Below, piece after piece: positions 35,713-46,920 of a stretch of DNA of 64,000 nucleotides. Positions within the stretch are counted from its first letter, which is position 1, and each line of letters begins with the position of its first letter. Below the pieces are notes generated by a model, which worked only from the letters and a program-made list of their open reading frames with translations, had not been told where the DNA came from and ran no database searches. The translations under genes were made by a program, and so were the position numbers. Location of the stretch: the NCBI GenBank assembly GCA_023957335.1, contig JAMLHC010000002.1, positions 179,441 through 243,440 of the forward strand, in the 5' to 3' direction. The stretch is from Bacteroidota bacterium. GTDB lineage: Bacteria > Bacteroidota > Bacteroidia > NS11-12g > UBA955.

Positions 35713-37203
35713 ATGCTCATTCATAACTACTTCTTTATTCGCGATTTTGTTACATCTATACAATCATCGATTGTGGGTATAAGGCTTAACTCTTGTTGGG
35801 GCATAAAACAAGAAGAACTTTATCTTCTCTTTGAAAATGACACCACAATTCAGTCAATTTTTTGTGAAGGAAACTGCCTGTATGCTCTGTTTGAAGACGT
35901 CCACTCAAATGTTAAAAATGCCAAACCGCGTTTTAGAACTTTGTGGGGTAAGAAAGTTACCGCAATCAAGACAATGCAATATGAAAGGATTTTTTATTTT
36001 GAATTTGAGGATAATTCAAAATTGGTTTTCATGCTCTATGGCAGACACTCCAACATATTGTACTTTGATATCATACCGGAACAACCTAAGGAGATTTTCA
36101 AATTCAGTATCGTATCGGATATGAAACGAGCTTTTCCAAACATTGTCGGACCTACACGTATAGATATTCAACAAAATACCTACTTAAGTTCCTTCAGATT
36201 TATTCCAAAAGAAATTGCAGATTTATATCCCAACTCCCAGTTCAACAAACCCGAAGAATTTTATGAATTCTTAAACAACATGCACCTTAATTGGCAATTA
36301 ATCAACAATCAGATTATGCCTACAACACAAAAATTACACAATAACGTATTTGATGTTCTTAGACAATACTATATTGCTTATTTGTCAGAAAATCGAAATA
36401 TCGAACTCAAGACCAACCTTATACGAATAAGAGAAAGTGATTTAAAGAGAAAAACCAAAGCCTTGGCAGCAGCACAAAAACATTTGCAACACCTGAAAAA
36501 TGCACGTTCATTAAAAGAAATTGCAGATCTGATTATGGCAAATTTACATGTGTTTGAGCAAGGGAAAAAACTAGCAGAAGTAGATGATTTTTATTTGGGC
36601 GGCAGAACCCTAATCAGCATACCTGACAACCATTCAGACCCGGTCAAATATGCAGAAAAACTTTACAAAAAGAGTCGCGGAATTCAACAAGAGATTGAAA
36701 TAGCTCTGAACAAAATTCAGTCTCTAAAATTGCTTACCTCTCAGCTCCAATCAGAACTCCAAGTTATTCAAGTTGCAACTTCATTTAAAGAACTTAAAAA
36801 ATACAGCACGAACATAAAAAAAGAACAACAAGCAGAACAAATGCCTTACCACGAATACTGTCTGGGAAAATACATCATTAGAATTGGAAAAAATGCCAAA
36901 TCGAATGATGAAATTCTGACACATTATTCCGGTAAAAATGACTTGTGGCTTCACGCAAAAGATTATTCCGGTTCGCACGTTTTTATTAAAAGAAATAATA
37001 AGAAAGAAAATATTCCTGAAGATGTAATTCAAAAAGCTGCATCTTGGGCTGCATGGTTTTCTAAAGGAAAAACTCAGACACTTTTGCCCGTAATTGTTAC
37101 AGAAAGAAAATATGTAAGGAAAGGCAAACACCTTAAACCGGGTCAAGTTATTGTCGAAAAAGAAAGAACAGTTATCGTCAAGCCTATTAAGCCAGATTCA
37201 TAA
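35713..37203 (+). CDS. NFACT-family RNA-binding protein (DUF814 domain)
   Basis: The C-terminal LWLHAKDYSGSHVFIKR..QKAASWAAWFSKGK is present. The ATG at 35713 is preferred to the TTG at 35701. Confidence 0.75.
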   Translation: MLIHNYFFIRDFVTSIQSSIVGIRLNSCWGIKQEELYLLFENDTTIQSIFCEGNCLYALFEDVHSNVKNAKPRFRTLWGKKVTAIKTMQYERIFYFEFEDNSKLVFMLYGRHSNILYFDIIPEQPKEIFKFSIVSDMKRAFPNIVGPTRIDIQQNTYLSSFRFIPKEIADLYPNSQFNKPEEFYEFLNNMHLNWQLINNQIMPTTQKLHNNVFDVLRQYYIAYLSENRNIELKTNLIRIRESDLKRKTKALAAAQKHLQHLKNARSLKEIADLIMANLHVFEQGKKLAEVDDFYLGGRTLISIPDNHSDPVKYAEKLYKKSRGIQQEIEIALNKIQSLKLLTSQLQSELQVIQVATSFKELKKYSTNIKKEQQAEQMPYHEYCLGKYIIRIGKNAKSNDEILTHYSGKNDLWLHAKDYSGSHVFIKRNNKKENIPEDVIQKAASWAAWFSKGKTQTLLPVIVTERKYVRKGKHLKPGQVIVEKERTVIVKPIKPDS

Positions 37204-37428
37204 ATTTCAGATTGAAACATGTCAAAACTATCCAATAAATTAAGGCAAATGTCCATTATTATAGATAATAGAATTGATGCAACCAAATGAATATCAATAC
37301 GTTTACAAAACGTAGAATGATTAACGATATTCAATGATAAAAAATAATGGAGATTCATTATGCAATGTAACAAAAAAAAGTATTTATTTTTGTGGTATAT
37401 AATTTGCAACCTAAATTGGTGAAAGCTT

Positions 37429-37791
37429 ATGATAAAAAAAGTACTATATAAAACTCTCATTTTATTTGCATTGATGTTTGTTGCGTATACCCCTAAAACC
37501 TTTGCACAGCAACCAACTCAAGTTTCAAATGAAGATTTAAGAGCAAAGATTTATCCGTCTGAAATCAAAGAAGGATATTTTTTCATTACCATTCAGGAAC
37601 CAACCGAAATCAATGAATTAGACATAAAAATTGTCAACCTTATAGGAAGTAAAACAGATTTTACGGTTGAAAAAATGATAGATGGTAGATTTCGTATTGA
37701 TTTGGAAAATATCCCCAGTGGTATTTATATTGTGCGTATGACAAAAGGCCACAAACAATCTACTCAACGCATTATTGTCAGAGGAAATTAA
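37429..37791 (+). CDS. small secreted protein consisting of a signal peptide plus a T9SS C-terminal sorting domain
   Basis: The signal peptide ends at TFAQQ. The C-terminal IYPSEIKEGYFFITI..IKIVNLIGSK..IPSGIYIVRMTKGHKQSTQRIIV is a typical Por secretion tail. Confidence 0.7.
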   Translation: MIKKVLYKTLILFALMFVAYTPKTFAQQPTQVSNEDLRAKIYPSEIKEGYFFITIQEPTEINELDIKIVNLIGSKTDFTVEKMIDGRFRIDLENIPSGIYIVRMTKGHKQSTQRIIVRGN

Positions 37792-39467
37792 TTGCTTTTT
37801 GCAAGCAATTCTTCGGCATTTTTAATTGCTTTTTCACCGGGAGTTTTTCCGCTTAAAAGCCTTGCTATTTCCAATATTCTTTTCTCACCTGAAAGCTTTG
37901 TTAATACTGACATTGAATTCTCTTTATCTGTGATTTTGTGAATACAGAAATGACTGTCCCCCTTTGAAGCAACCTGCGGAAGGTGTGTAATGACAAGAGT
38001 TTGTGTGTGTTTCCCCATTTTACTAATTAAGCTCCCTACTTTCATGGCGGTTTCACCTGACACACCTGTATCAATTTCATCAAATATGGTCAAGTAATCT
38101 TCACCATCAGAAATTGACTTAAAACTCAACATCAATCTTGACAATTCGCCACCTGAAGCCACATTTTCAAGACTTTGCATAGCAACACCCGCATTTGCAG
38201 AAAACAAGAAACTTATTTTATCACCTCCCAATACTGTCCAGTTATTTCTATCTAATGATTCAATATGAATTTCAAAAGACGCGGAAGGAATCTCAAGTTC
38301 CTTCAATGTAGCAACAACTTTGGAAGCTAACTCTCCGGCATGTTTTTTCCGTCCCGAACTAAGTTCAGAAGCGAGTTGCAGCAACTTGTAATCTAATTTT
38401 TGAAGTTTACTTTCATAATTCATTATTTCAGTTTCGAGAGAGGCGAAATTCTGCAAATTACTTTCCAAACTATCCCTCATATCAATTAATTCTTGTAACG
38501 ACATTGCATTATGTTTACGTTTCAAGTTCTGAAATAAAGACAACCTTTCTTCTGTTTCAAGCAGTCTCTGTGGGTCAACCTGTATGCGCCCGCCCTTTCT
38601 ACCCACATCCTTTGCTACTTCTTTCAATTCTAACCAAGCACTCTCAAAACGCTTGAAATCATCTGCAAATGTTTGACTAATCTGGGAAAGGCTCTTAAAC
38701 TGATTGCGAATTTCTGAAATCATACTTTCTACACTCTGCTCACCACCGTCAACACCATAACCAATGGCTTCGGATAAATTCATAATTTCAGAGGCATTTG
38801 ACAATATTTTCTGCTCATCTTCCAATGCTTTTTCTTCTTCAATATCTGCAATATTTGCTTTGATTAGCTCATCCAAAAGGTATTTTTGAAAATCCTGTTC
38901 TTTGACAGCATTCGCTTGCTTTTGCTTAAGTTCAGCCAATATAGTCTGTGTTTTCTTGACCTCATTATATGTTTCTTTAAATGCAATCCGAGTTTCAAAA
39001 GTCTTTGCATAATTATCTAAAAGGTCAATCTGATAGCTATTGGATTTAATAAAAGTAGTTTCATGCTGACTGTGCACCTCACACAATGTTTCTCCTAACT
39101 CTTTCAATATTTGTACACTCACAGGAGTATCATTCACAAAGCATCTGCTCTTGCCTGCAGTGGCAATTTCACGTCTGATGATCAGTTCTGAGTTCACATC
39201 TAATTCATTTTCTTGCAAAAATTCTCTTATAGCAATATTGTCACCTATTTCAAAAATGCCTTCTAAAATTGCTTTGTCTTTAAGCCCGGCAACAAGGCTA
39301 CTATCCAACCTAGCTCCTATAAGCAGATTGACTCCTTCCAAGAATAGAGACTTGCCAGCCCCTGATTCTCCCGTTATAATATTTAACCCAGTAGAGGGTT
39401 CAAAATCCAAATGATTAAAAAGGAAAAAGTTTTTATATGTTAATTTTTTCAGTACAGTCATACTCAC
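37788..39467 (-). CDS. recN: DNA repair protein RecN
   Basis: The Walker A motif ITGESGAGKS, a long coiled-coil middle, and the C-terminal ASGGELSRLML..LIFDEIDTGVSG pattern (here FDEIDTGVSGE) are present. Confidence 0.9.
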   Translation of the reverse strand: MSMTVLKKLTYKNFFLFNHLDFEPSTGLNIITGESGAGKSLFLEGVNLLIGARLDSSLVAGLKDKAILEGIFEIGDNIAIREFLQENELDVNSELIIRREIATAGKSRCFVNDTPVSVQILKELGETLCEVHSQHETTFIKSNSYQIDLLDNYAKTFETRIAFKETYNEVKKTQTILAELKQKQANAVKEQDFQKYLLDELIKANIADIEEEKALEDEQKILSNASEIMNLSEAIGYGVDGGEQSVESMISEIRNQFKSLSQISQTFADDFKRFESAWLELKEVAKDVGRKGGRIQVDPQRLLETEERLSLFQNLKRKHNAMSLQELIDMRDSLESNLQNFASLETEIMNYESKLQKLDYKLLQLASELSSGRKKHAGELASKVVATLKELEIPSASFEIHIESLDRNNWTVLGGDKISFLFSANAGVAMQSLENVASGGELSRLMLSFKSISDGEDYLTIFDEIDTGVSGETAMKVGSLISKMGKHTQTLVITHLPQVASKGDSHFCIHKITDKENSMSVLTKLSGEKRILEIARLLSGKTPGEKAIKNAEELLAKSN

Positions 39468-40435
39468 AAACTCAATGTTTCAGCTAATTTCATAAATTCA
39501 AAATTAAATACTTTTTTCATGCTGATTGCATCTGCAAATGTTGTAAAAATCAATTTGTTATCTACTATACCTAATGCTACATTAGTTTTGTTATTAAGCA
39601 ATGCTTCTACTGCGGCAGAACCTAAGCGAGAAGCCAATATGCGATCGTTTGCAGATGGCGAACCTCCTCTCTGAATATGTCCCAATACAGTTACTTTAGA
39701 CGTAAAGTCAGGGAATTGACCCTGAAACTTGGTCGCAATTTGAATCGCATTTCCCTCTTCCTCCCCTTCTGCCACAATCACAATGGAGAATCTCTTTTTG
39801 CGTTTTGATTTATTCTTAAACTTTGCTATAAAATCTTCATAATCATTCGTAATTTCAGGCAACAAAATGGATTCTGCTCCACTTGAAATACCTGAGTACA
39901 AAGCAATATGTCCTGAATGTCGTCCCATCACTTCTACAAAAAAAACATTGTTATGCGATTCCGCTGTATCTCTTATCTTATCAACAGCTTCAACAACTGT
40001 ATTGATTGCCGTATCAAAACCTATAGTAAAATCGGTTCCATAAATGTCATTGTCAATAGTCCCCGGACACCCAACAGCAGGGATACCAAATTCTTCGCTG
40101 AACACTTTCATGGCGGTATAACTACCATCTCCTCCAATACAAATTAAGCCTTCAATACCATGATTTTGGATATTATGAAAAGCCTTTCTCCTTCCTTCTA
40201 TGGTTTTAAACTCATCACTTCTTGAACTTTGGAGGAAAGTACCGCCTCGCTGTATGATGTTGGCTACATCATGGGTTTGTATTAAATTAATTTTGTTCTC
40301 AATCAACCCTTGGAGTCCTTCTTTCACTCCTAATACCTCAATTCCTTTAGCACAAGCAGTTCTGACAACGGCTCTAATACAAGCGTTCATACCGGGCGCG
40401 TCACCTCCACTTGTAAGCACTCCTATTATTTTCAT
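39464..40435 (-). CDS. pfkA: ATP-dependent 6-phosphofructokinase
   Basis: GVLTSGGDAPGMNA, GGDGS, PGTIDND and MGR are all present. Confidence 0.95.
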   Translation of the reverse strand: MKIIGVLTSGGDAPGMNACIRAVVRTACAKGIEVLGVKEGLQGLIENKINLIQTHDVANIIQRGGTFLQSSRSDEFKTIEGRRKAFHNIQNHGIEGLICIGGDGSYTAMKVFSEEFGIPAVGCPGTIDNDIYGTDFTIGFDTAINTVVEAVDKIRDTAESHNNVFFVEVMGRHSGHIALYSGISSGAESILLPEITNDYEDFIAKFKNKSKRKKRFSIVIVAEGEEEGNAIQIATKFQGQFPDFTSKVTVLGHIQRGGSPSANDRILASRLGSAAVEALLNNKTNVALGIVDNKLIFTTFADAISMKKVFNFEFMKLAETLSL

Positions 40436-40474
40436 AATTGCAACAAAAATATTGTTTATTCTAATCCCATAAAA

Positions 40475-40503
40475 ACAAAAAAGGCGACCTCAACAGCCGC
40501 CTT
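40475..40503 (-). terminator. Rho-independent terminator after the lipoprotein gene (minus strand)
   Basis: The stem is AAGGCG / CGCCTT with an 11-nt loop, followed on the minus strand by TTTTTTGTTTTT. Confidence 0.55.
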
Positions 40504-40525
40504 CTCTATTATCTTAAAATATTAC

Positions 40526-41422
40526 TTATTCTATCACTCCTGAATAGTCAAATTCAACGTGGTCAGTTTCAACTATATATATTTGAATGATATATACTCT
40601 TTGATTCTGTGAAGATTTGATTAATAGAAACTTGTATTCAGTAGATTCTTCAAGTATCTGAGGAGTTTCTGTTAATTCTGCACCACTTGTAGTCCAAGCA
40701 TTATCAATGTCCTCGTACTTGCCAAATCTATCAAGTCCAACGGCAGAACCGGTGTATAATTTAAATTTACTTCCATTACCTGAAACAAACTTAAATCCAT
40801 TCCCTGATTTAGCTAATTCGATATCATGTGTGGCTTTTGCAACCGACTTATCCACAGACACGGCATGAGTTAAATCGAAAGCGTTGTCTTGGTCTCTGTC
40901 CCATACAGTGCCTGTTCTTTGATCTACACTGATACTTGGGCTTACCTCAACTGATACTTCAGTTATATTTCCATCTTCATCAGTAGCTTTAAGTGTAAAA
41001 ACAGCAATCTCTGCAACCACAACTCCATCCGTTCTAAACTGCTGTTTAACAAGTGTTTTTGTAGGATAAGCTTCGTTCAAAGTTGTATCAAAGAGAGTGG
41101 TTTTAACGCCTTTACTTGGCCCGGCAATATTTTCTCTGATTATTTGCAAGCTCTTAACTTTCTTACTGTGTGTAATATTAACTCCAATATTTATTTTTAC
41201 ACCTATATCCAGTGTTCTGTTTTGATATGTCCAATACAAATCACCCACCGTTCCGGTTGTGTAAAATTCAAGCTTAGGTCCTTTTCCATTGTTTGTAGTT
41301 CCTCCACCCCCATTGTTATTATTGCCGTTTCCGTTGTCTTTGTCTTTTTTACATCCGGATACAGAAAAAGCAACAGCGGTTGCTAACGCAAAAACAATTA
41401 ATGTTAGTTTCTTTAATTTCAT
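40526..41422 (-). CDS. hypothetical lipoprotein
   Basis: The lipobox is AFSVSGC, followed by an N/G-rich linker (KDKDNGNGNNNNGGGG). No family was recognised. Confidence 0.6.
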   Translation of the reverse strand: MKLKKLTLIVFALATAVAFSVSGCKKDKDNGNGNNNNGGGGTTNNGKGPKLEFYTTGTVGDLYWTYQNRTLDIGVKINIGVNITHSKKVKSLQIIRENIAGPSKGVKTTLFDTTLNEAYPTKTLVKQQFRTDGVVVAEIAVFTLKATDEDGNITEVSVEVSPSISVDQRTGTVWDRDQDNAFDLTHAVSVDKSVAKATHDIELAKSGNGFKFVSGNGSKFKLYTGSAVGLDRFGKYEDIDNAWTTSGAELTETPQILEESTEYKFLLIKSSQNQRVYIIQIYIVETDHVEFDYSGVIE

Positions 41423-41519
41423 AATATGTTTCTATTTAGATTAGTTTGCAAAGATAAATATTTACTCTACCTATACAACAACAAACGAAATTTTCACCCC
41501 CAAATTAATTTATAAATAT

Positions 41520-43247
41520 ATGGAAGACATTACTATTATTGACTGGCTTTTCATTGCAGCCGTTATTCTCGGCACGGTAGGAATTGGTATTTTCTATGGA
41601 CGAGGTTCAGGTAAAAATTACGATAGTTTTTTTCTGGGTGGTAGAAATATGGGGTGGATTGCTGCCGGTATTTCGATGGTGGCAACGACCTTTGCAGTGG
41701 ACACTCCTTTGGCGGTAACAGAAATGGTAGCGGGTTATGGGATTGCAGGAAATTGGCAATGGTGGAATTTTGTAATTGGTGGAATGTTAACTGCTTTTTT
41801 CTTTGCCAAACTCTGGTATCGCTCAGGTGTAAAGACTGAAGCGGAACTAATTGAACTCCGATATTCAGGCAAAAATGCGCGTGGGCTGAGAATCTTCAAG
41901 TCTGCTTATTTGGGCTTGTTTATCAATGTATTTATCATGGGCTGGGTAAACCTTGCTTTTGTAAGTATTCTCAAAGTCTTCTTTGATGTTGACGAGACCC
42001 AATCATTGATTATTTCTTTTGTCATGATGTTGCTCATTGCCATATACAGCACTTATGTCGGGTTAAAAGGAGTTATTATTTCTGATAACTTTCAGTTTAT
42101 TACTGCGATGATTGGTTGTATTGTGCTGGCGTTTCTAGTGGTACGTTCTCCCGAAATTGGCGGGCTATCAGGCCTCAAAGAAAAGATACCTGCCGAAACC
42201 CTATCCTTTTATCCTGATTTTACATCCAATGGTGCAAACCCCTCATTACCCTTATTATCTTTTATCACTTTTTTAGGTTTTGCATGGTGGGCAACTTGGT
42301 ATCCCGGTAATGAACCCGGTGGAGGCGGCTATGTAGCACAAAGAATTTTGAGCACAAAAAGTCAAAAGGATGCCGGACTTTCTGTTTTTCTTTTTCAAGT
42401 ACTTAACTTGTGTATTCGTCCCTGGCCTTGGATTATCGTAGCTCTTTGTGCATTTGTGTTGTATCCGGGCAGTGGCAAGGAAGGTTATGTTATGGCAATG
42501 AGAGATTTTATGCCGGAGGGTATTAAGGGATTGATGCTGGCTGCTTTCTTCTCTGCATATATGAGTACTATAAGCACACATCTGAATTGGGGCTCCGGCT
42601 ATTTGGTAAATGATGTTTTGCCTGCACTTAAAAAAAATCTTAGCGAAAAGCAAAAGGTAGGTTATGGACGATTGATTATTCTTTTTTTTATGGTAGCCTC
42701 ATGTATTATTTCATTGTTTATGAATTCTATTGCCGGTGCTTGGATTTTCCTAATGGAATGTGGTGCAGGTTTAGGCTCTGTCTTAATTCTGCGTTGGTTT
42801 TGGCATCGGATTAATGTCTGGTCTGAAATTACAGCAACTTTTGCTCCTTTTTTGGTCATGATTATAATTACCATTCTCAATCATACGGGTAATGTAAAAA
42901 TTGAATTTCCCAACACATTTTTCATCACATTCAGTTTCACAACTGTGGCGTGGTTAATTGTTACTTTTCTCACCAAACCTGAGGATAATCAAACTCTTGC
43001 TAATTTTTTTGAAAGAGTGCAACCGCCATTAGGTTGGAAAAAATTCAGAGTTGAATCAAAAGACAAAAAAGAATTTTATTATTTGGTGCTCACATGGTTT
43101 TTTGCAGTCATAATGTCATATTCATTCCTTTTTACCATTGGCAGCATTATGCTTAAACCACTTCAAGAAACAATCATTTACTCAATAGTACTCGTGTTAT
43201 CAACCACCGGCTTGGTGTTTTTTGGCAGAAAAAGTTTCTTTCAATAG
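41520..43247 (+). CDS. sodium:solute symporter family transporter
   Basis: About 13 hydrophobic segments are present, with FFLGGRNMGWIAAGISMVATTFAVDTPLAVTE at the N-terminus. Confidence 0.8.
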   Translation: MEDITIIDWLFIAAVILGTVGIGIFYGRGSGKNYDSFFLGGRNMGWIAAGISMVATTFAVDTPLAVTEMVAGYGIAGNWQWWNFVIGGMLTAFFFAKLWYRSGVKTEAELIELRYSGKNARGLRIFKSAYLGLFINVFIMGWVNLAFVSILKVFFDVDETQSLIISFVMMLLIAIYSTYVGLKGVIISDNFQFITAMIGCIVLAFLVVRSPEIGGLSGLKEKIPAETLSFYPDFTSNGANPSLPLLSFITFLGFAWWATWYPGNEPGGGGYVAQRILSTKSQKDAGLSVFLFQVLNLCIRPWPWIIVALCAFVLYPGSGKEGYVMAMRDFMPEGIKGLMLAAFFSAYMSTISTHLNWGSGYLVNDVLPALKKNLSEKQKVGYGRLIILFFMVASCIISLFMNSIAGAWIFLMECGAGLGSVLILRWFWHRINVWSEITATFAPFLVMIIITILNHTGNVKIEFPNTFFITFSFTTVAWLIVTFLTKPEDNQTLANFFERVQPPLGWKKFRVESKDKKEFYYLVLTWFFAVIMSYSFLFTIGSIMLKPLQETIIYSIVLVLSTTGLVFFGRKSFFQ

Positions 43248-43288
43248 TTTTGGCACATTGATTGAATCTTCATTGACCACCGAGAATT

Positions 43289-45793
43289 ATGAAACACATG
43301 TTTGACGAGAACCCCATAAGTTTTATTACTGAAGAGTCTGAGAATCAAGAGTTTTTACCACTTCTATCCCAACAAGAAGAGGATGAAATGAATAAACAAC
43401 CTATTCCCGACACCCTGCCAATTTTACCGATTAGAAACACTATTCTCTTTCCGGGTGTAATTTTCCCTATTACTGTTGGCAGAGACAAATCCATAAAACT
43501 GATAAAAGATGCCAATCGAGGCAGCAAAATCATAGGTGTTTGCGGACAAATCAACCCCAATCAAGAAGACCCTGAAATTTCTCAGTTATATAATATTGGG
43601 ACTGTTGCCCAAATCATGCGTGTATTGCGAATGCCCGATGGTAACACTACTGTCATTATTCAAGGTAAGCGCAGATTTACGATAACAGAAGAAATAAAAT
43701 CTGAACCTTACTTAGTTGCAAAAGTTCAAGCTATTGAAGGTGAAATTGTAAAAGATTCACGCGAACTCAAAGCATTGATTTCTTCAACCAAGGATATCGC
43801 ATTAAAGATTATCGAACTTTCTCCCAATATCCCTTCTGAAGCTGCTTTTGCTATCAAAAATATTGACAGCAATCAATTTTTAGTTAACTTTATCGCAAGC
43901 AATCTGAATATTTCAATAGCTGAAAAACAGGTTTTACTTGAAAAAAACAACCTCATTGACAGAGCGACTTTAGTACTTGAGCATTTGACCAAAGAGATGC
44001 AGATGCTTGAGCTCAAAGACAAGATACAATCCAAAGTAAAATTTGATATTGACAAACAACAACGCGAATATTTCCTTCAACAACAAATTAGAGCCATACA
44101 CGAAGAATTAGGTAGTGATTCTCCCGATAAAGAAGTGGAAAGCCTACGCGCAAAAGGCAAAAAGAAAAAATGGTCTAAAGAGACAAAAGATGCCTTCGAT
44201 AAAGAATTGGAAAAACTACTTCGAATCAACCCTGCTGCACCGGATTATTCTGTTTCGCTCAATTATGTTCAACTCATGCTGGATTTGCCCTGGGACGAAT
44301 GCAGTGAAGACAAATTTAACTTAAAGTCTGCACGGGAACAGTTGGACAAAGACCACTTTGGTTTAGAAAAAGTTAAAAAAAGAATCTTAGAATACTTGGC
44401 AGTTCTGAAGCTCAAAGGTGACATGAAAAGCCCAATTCTTTGCCTTGTAGGACCTCCCGGTGTGGGAAAAACTTCCTTAGGCAAAAGCATAGCCAAAGCC
44501 ATTGGCAGGAAATATGTTCGTATGTCATTGGGCGGTTTACACGATGAATCAGAAATCAGAGGGCACCGCAAAACATACATAGGTGCAATGCCGGGACGAG
44601 TGATTCAAAACATTAAAAAAGCTAAAACATCTAACCCTGTTTTTGTACTTGACGAAATTGACAAAGTGGGAAGAGATTTCAAAGGCGACCCATCATCTGC
44701 TTTGCTTGAGGTATTAGACCCCGAACAAAACAACGCCTTCCATGATAATTATCTTGAACTTGACTATGATTTATCCAAAGTTATGTTTATTGCCACCGCA
44801 AACTCACTTGACACCATTCAATCAGCCTTGTTGGACAGGATGGAAATCATTGAAATCAATGGGTATACAGTAGAAGAAAAAATTGAAATTGCAAAAAAAT
44901 ACCTCATTCCTAAACAACGCAAACTACATGGATTAAAAGCCACAGAACTCAAGGTTTCAGAGAAAGTGCTTGAAAAATTGACAGAAGAATACACACGCGA
45001 ATCCGGTGTGCGAGGTTTGGACAAAAAAATTGCTTCTTTAGCCCGTCATAATGCTAAAAGTATTGCTATGGAAGAAACATACAATCCCAATGTTACGTCA
45101 GAAGACCTTGAAAAAATTCTGGGTACAGAAAAACTTGAAAAAGAAAATTACGAAAACAATGATATTGCAGGATTGGCAACCGGTTTGGCTTGGTCTCCGG
45201 TAGGTGGCTCGATTTTATTTGTTGAAACTGCATTAGCGCGTGGAACCGGCAAAATCACGCTCACCGGACAATTGGGTGATGTCATGAAAGAATCCGCAAC
45301 AACCGCCTTAACCTACTTGAAATCAAATAGCGATTTACTAGAAATTGACTATCGCACATTCTCTTATTGGGATATTCATATACATTTCCCTGCCGGGGCA
45401 ATTCCTAAAGATGGACCCAGCGCTGGTATTACTATTTTGACTGCATTAGCTTCGTTATTTACCCAAAGAAAAGTTAAATCTCATCTTGCTATGACAGGCG
45501 AAATTACCTTGCGTGGGGCTGTACTGCCTGTAGGTGGAATCAAAGAGAAAATATTAGCAGCCAAACGCGCAGGAATCAAAGAAATCATTATGTGTAAGAG
45601 CAATCAGAAAGATGTTGAGGATATTCCTGCGAGCTATTTGGAGGGTTTGAAATTCAATTATGTCAAAACAATGAAGGACGTCTTAGAATTAGGTTTAACA
45701 AAGGATAAAGTAAAAAATGCCAGAAATCTATTTGCCCCTGTTCAAGAAGCTCTTGACAAAGAGAAACAACAGAAACAAGTTTTGGTGAATTAA
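43289..45793 (+). CDS. lon: ATP-dependent Lon protease
   Basis: The Lon N-domain ([15 protein letters not shown]), the AAA+ motif GPPGVGKTS, and the protease motif DGPSAGIT are present. Confidence 0.95.
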   Translation: MKHMFDENPISFITEESENQEFLPLLSQQEEDEMNKQPIPDTLPILPIRNTILFPGVIFPITVGRDKSIKLIKDANRGSKIIGVCGQINPNQEDPEISQLYNIGTVAQIMRVLRMPDGNTTVIIQGKRRFTITEEIKSEPYLVAKVQAIEGEIVKDSRELKALISSTKDIALKIIELSPNIPSEAAFAIKNIDSNQFLVNFIASNLNISIAEKQVLLEKNNLIDRATLVLEHLTKEMQMLELKDKIQSKVKFDIDKQQREYFLQQQIRAIHEELGSDSPDKEVESLRAKGKKKKWSKETKDAFDKELEKLLRINPAAPDYSVSLNYVQLMLDLPWDECSEDKFNLKSAREQLDKDHFGLEKVKKRILEYLAVLKLKGDMKSPILCLVGPPGVGKTSLGKSIAKAIGRKYVRMSLGGLHDESEIRGHRKTYIGAMPGRVIQNIKKAKTSNPVFVLDEIDKVGRDFKGDPSSALLEVLDPEQNNAFHDNYLELDYDLSKVMFIATANSLDTIQSALLDRMEIIEINGYTVEEKIEIAKKYLIPKQRKLHGLKATELKVSEKVLEKLTEEYTRESGVRGLDKKIASLARHNAKSIAMEETYNPNVTSEDLEKILGTEKLEKENYENNDIAGLATGLAWSPVGGSILFVETALARGTGKITLTGQLGDVMKESATTALTYLKSNSDLLEIDYRTFSYWDIHIHFPAGAIPKDGPSAGITILTALASLFTQRKVKSHLAMTGEITLRGAVLPVGGIKEKILAAKRAGIKEIIMCKSNQKDVEDIPASYLEGLKFNYVKTMKDVLELGLTKDKVKNARNLFAPVQEALDKEKQQKQVLVN

Positions 45794-45855
45794 TTTCAAA
45801 ATACAATCTGTATTTGCATGAACTAAGTTAAGCTAATAATCCCTAAGTTTGGCCT

Positions 45856-46917
45856 GTGATTCAACACAAATCCTTTTTGAAGAAATTTCTTTTAATCACA
45901 TTCCTCTTTGCAGGCTCGCAAGTACATGCACAATTAGCCGGCAATTCAGTTTTCCCATTTCTTAAACTTGACCCAAGTGCCCATGCGACAGGGATGGGAG
46001 GCACTATTATCTCGATTCCCAATGCCGACTTATCTACCGCTTTGACAAATCCTTCCGTGCTTAACCATCAACATGACAATAATATATCGTTAAACTACAA
46101 TAATTATTTCTCGGATATTAATTACGGACACTTCTCTTATGCAAAAAAGTTGAATTCCACAGACAAAGCTTGGACCTTTGCAGGACAAGTTCTTTATTTG
46201 AATTACGGAAAATTTGACGGATATGACTATACCGGAGAAAGTACCGGCAGTTTCAAAGCCAATGATTTGATGTTTGGACTGAGTGCTGCCAAGCCACTGA
46301 ATGATAAATTCAGTGTGGGAAGTACATTCAAAGTTATTTATTCCACCTTGGAAACCTATACCGGCACCGGTATAGCATTTGACTTAGGTGGATTTTATAA
46401 TGATACTGCCAACGGATATTCCATGGGAATTGTAATGCGGAATCTCGGGTATCAGCTACTTTCATATAGAGGGACTGAGCGTGCATCACTACCATTTGAT
46501 TTTAATTTTGCTACTACATTCAAACCCAAACATGCTCCGTTTAGGGTGAGTGTTTTGCTGCATGATTTGCAAAAGTTTGATTTAACTTATGATTATACTG
46601 ACCCTTTCAACCGTAAAATAGATGAAAATAATCAAGTTGTAAACCACAAACCTTCATTGGCAGATAAGATAATCAGGCATATTACAGTTGGAGGAGAAAT
46701 CCTGCTTAGCGAGAATTTTAACATTCGCTTTGGCTATAATCATCAACGAAGACAAGAATTAGGAACCGAAGTAAAAAAAGGTGTTGCAGGTTTTTCATGG
46801 GGCTTCGCTTTTAAAATTAAAAAAATAAGATTTGAATATGGTAGTGCCGGATATTTCCCGGGATACAATTCCAACCTTTTCTCTGTCATCCTTGACCTCA
46901 ACGAATTTTATCATTAA
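45856..46917 (+). CDS. porQ: type IX secretion system protein PorQ-like outer-membrane protein
   Basis: A signal peptide is followed by GNSVFPFLKLDPSAHATGMGG. The composition is beta-barrel-like. It lies just upstream of cmk, as I recall for porQ. The start is a GTG. Confidence 0.65.
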   Translation: MIQHKSFLKKFLLITFLFAGSQVHAQLAGNSVFPFLKLDPSAHATGMGGTIISIPNADLSTALTNPSVLNHQHDNNISLNYNNYFSDINYGHFSYAKKLNSTDKAWTFAGQVLYLNYGKFDGYDYTGESTGSFKANDLMFGLSAAKPLNDKFSVGSTFKVIYSTLETYTGTGIAFDLGGFYNDTANGYSMGIVMRNLGYQLLSYRGTERASLPFDFNFATTFKPKHAPFRVSVLLHDLQKFDLTYDYTDPFNRKIDENNQVVNHKPSLADKIIRHITVGGEILLSENFNIRFGYNHQRRQELGTEVKKGVAGFSWGFAFKIKKIRFEYGSAGYFPGYNSNLFSVILDLNEFYH

Positions 46918-46920
46918 AAA

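Noticed and set aside
37143-37460. 105-aa minus-strand ORF in the gap between the NFACT gene and the small T9SS gene
   Set aside because: It overlaps both flanking genes' ends, is I/F/L-rich and low in complexity, and has no supporting signal.
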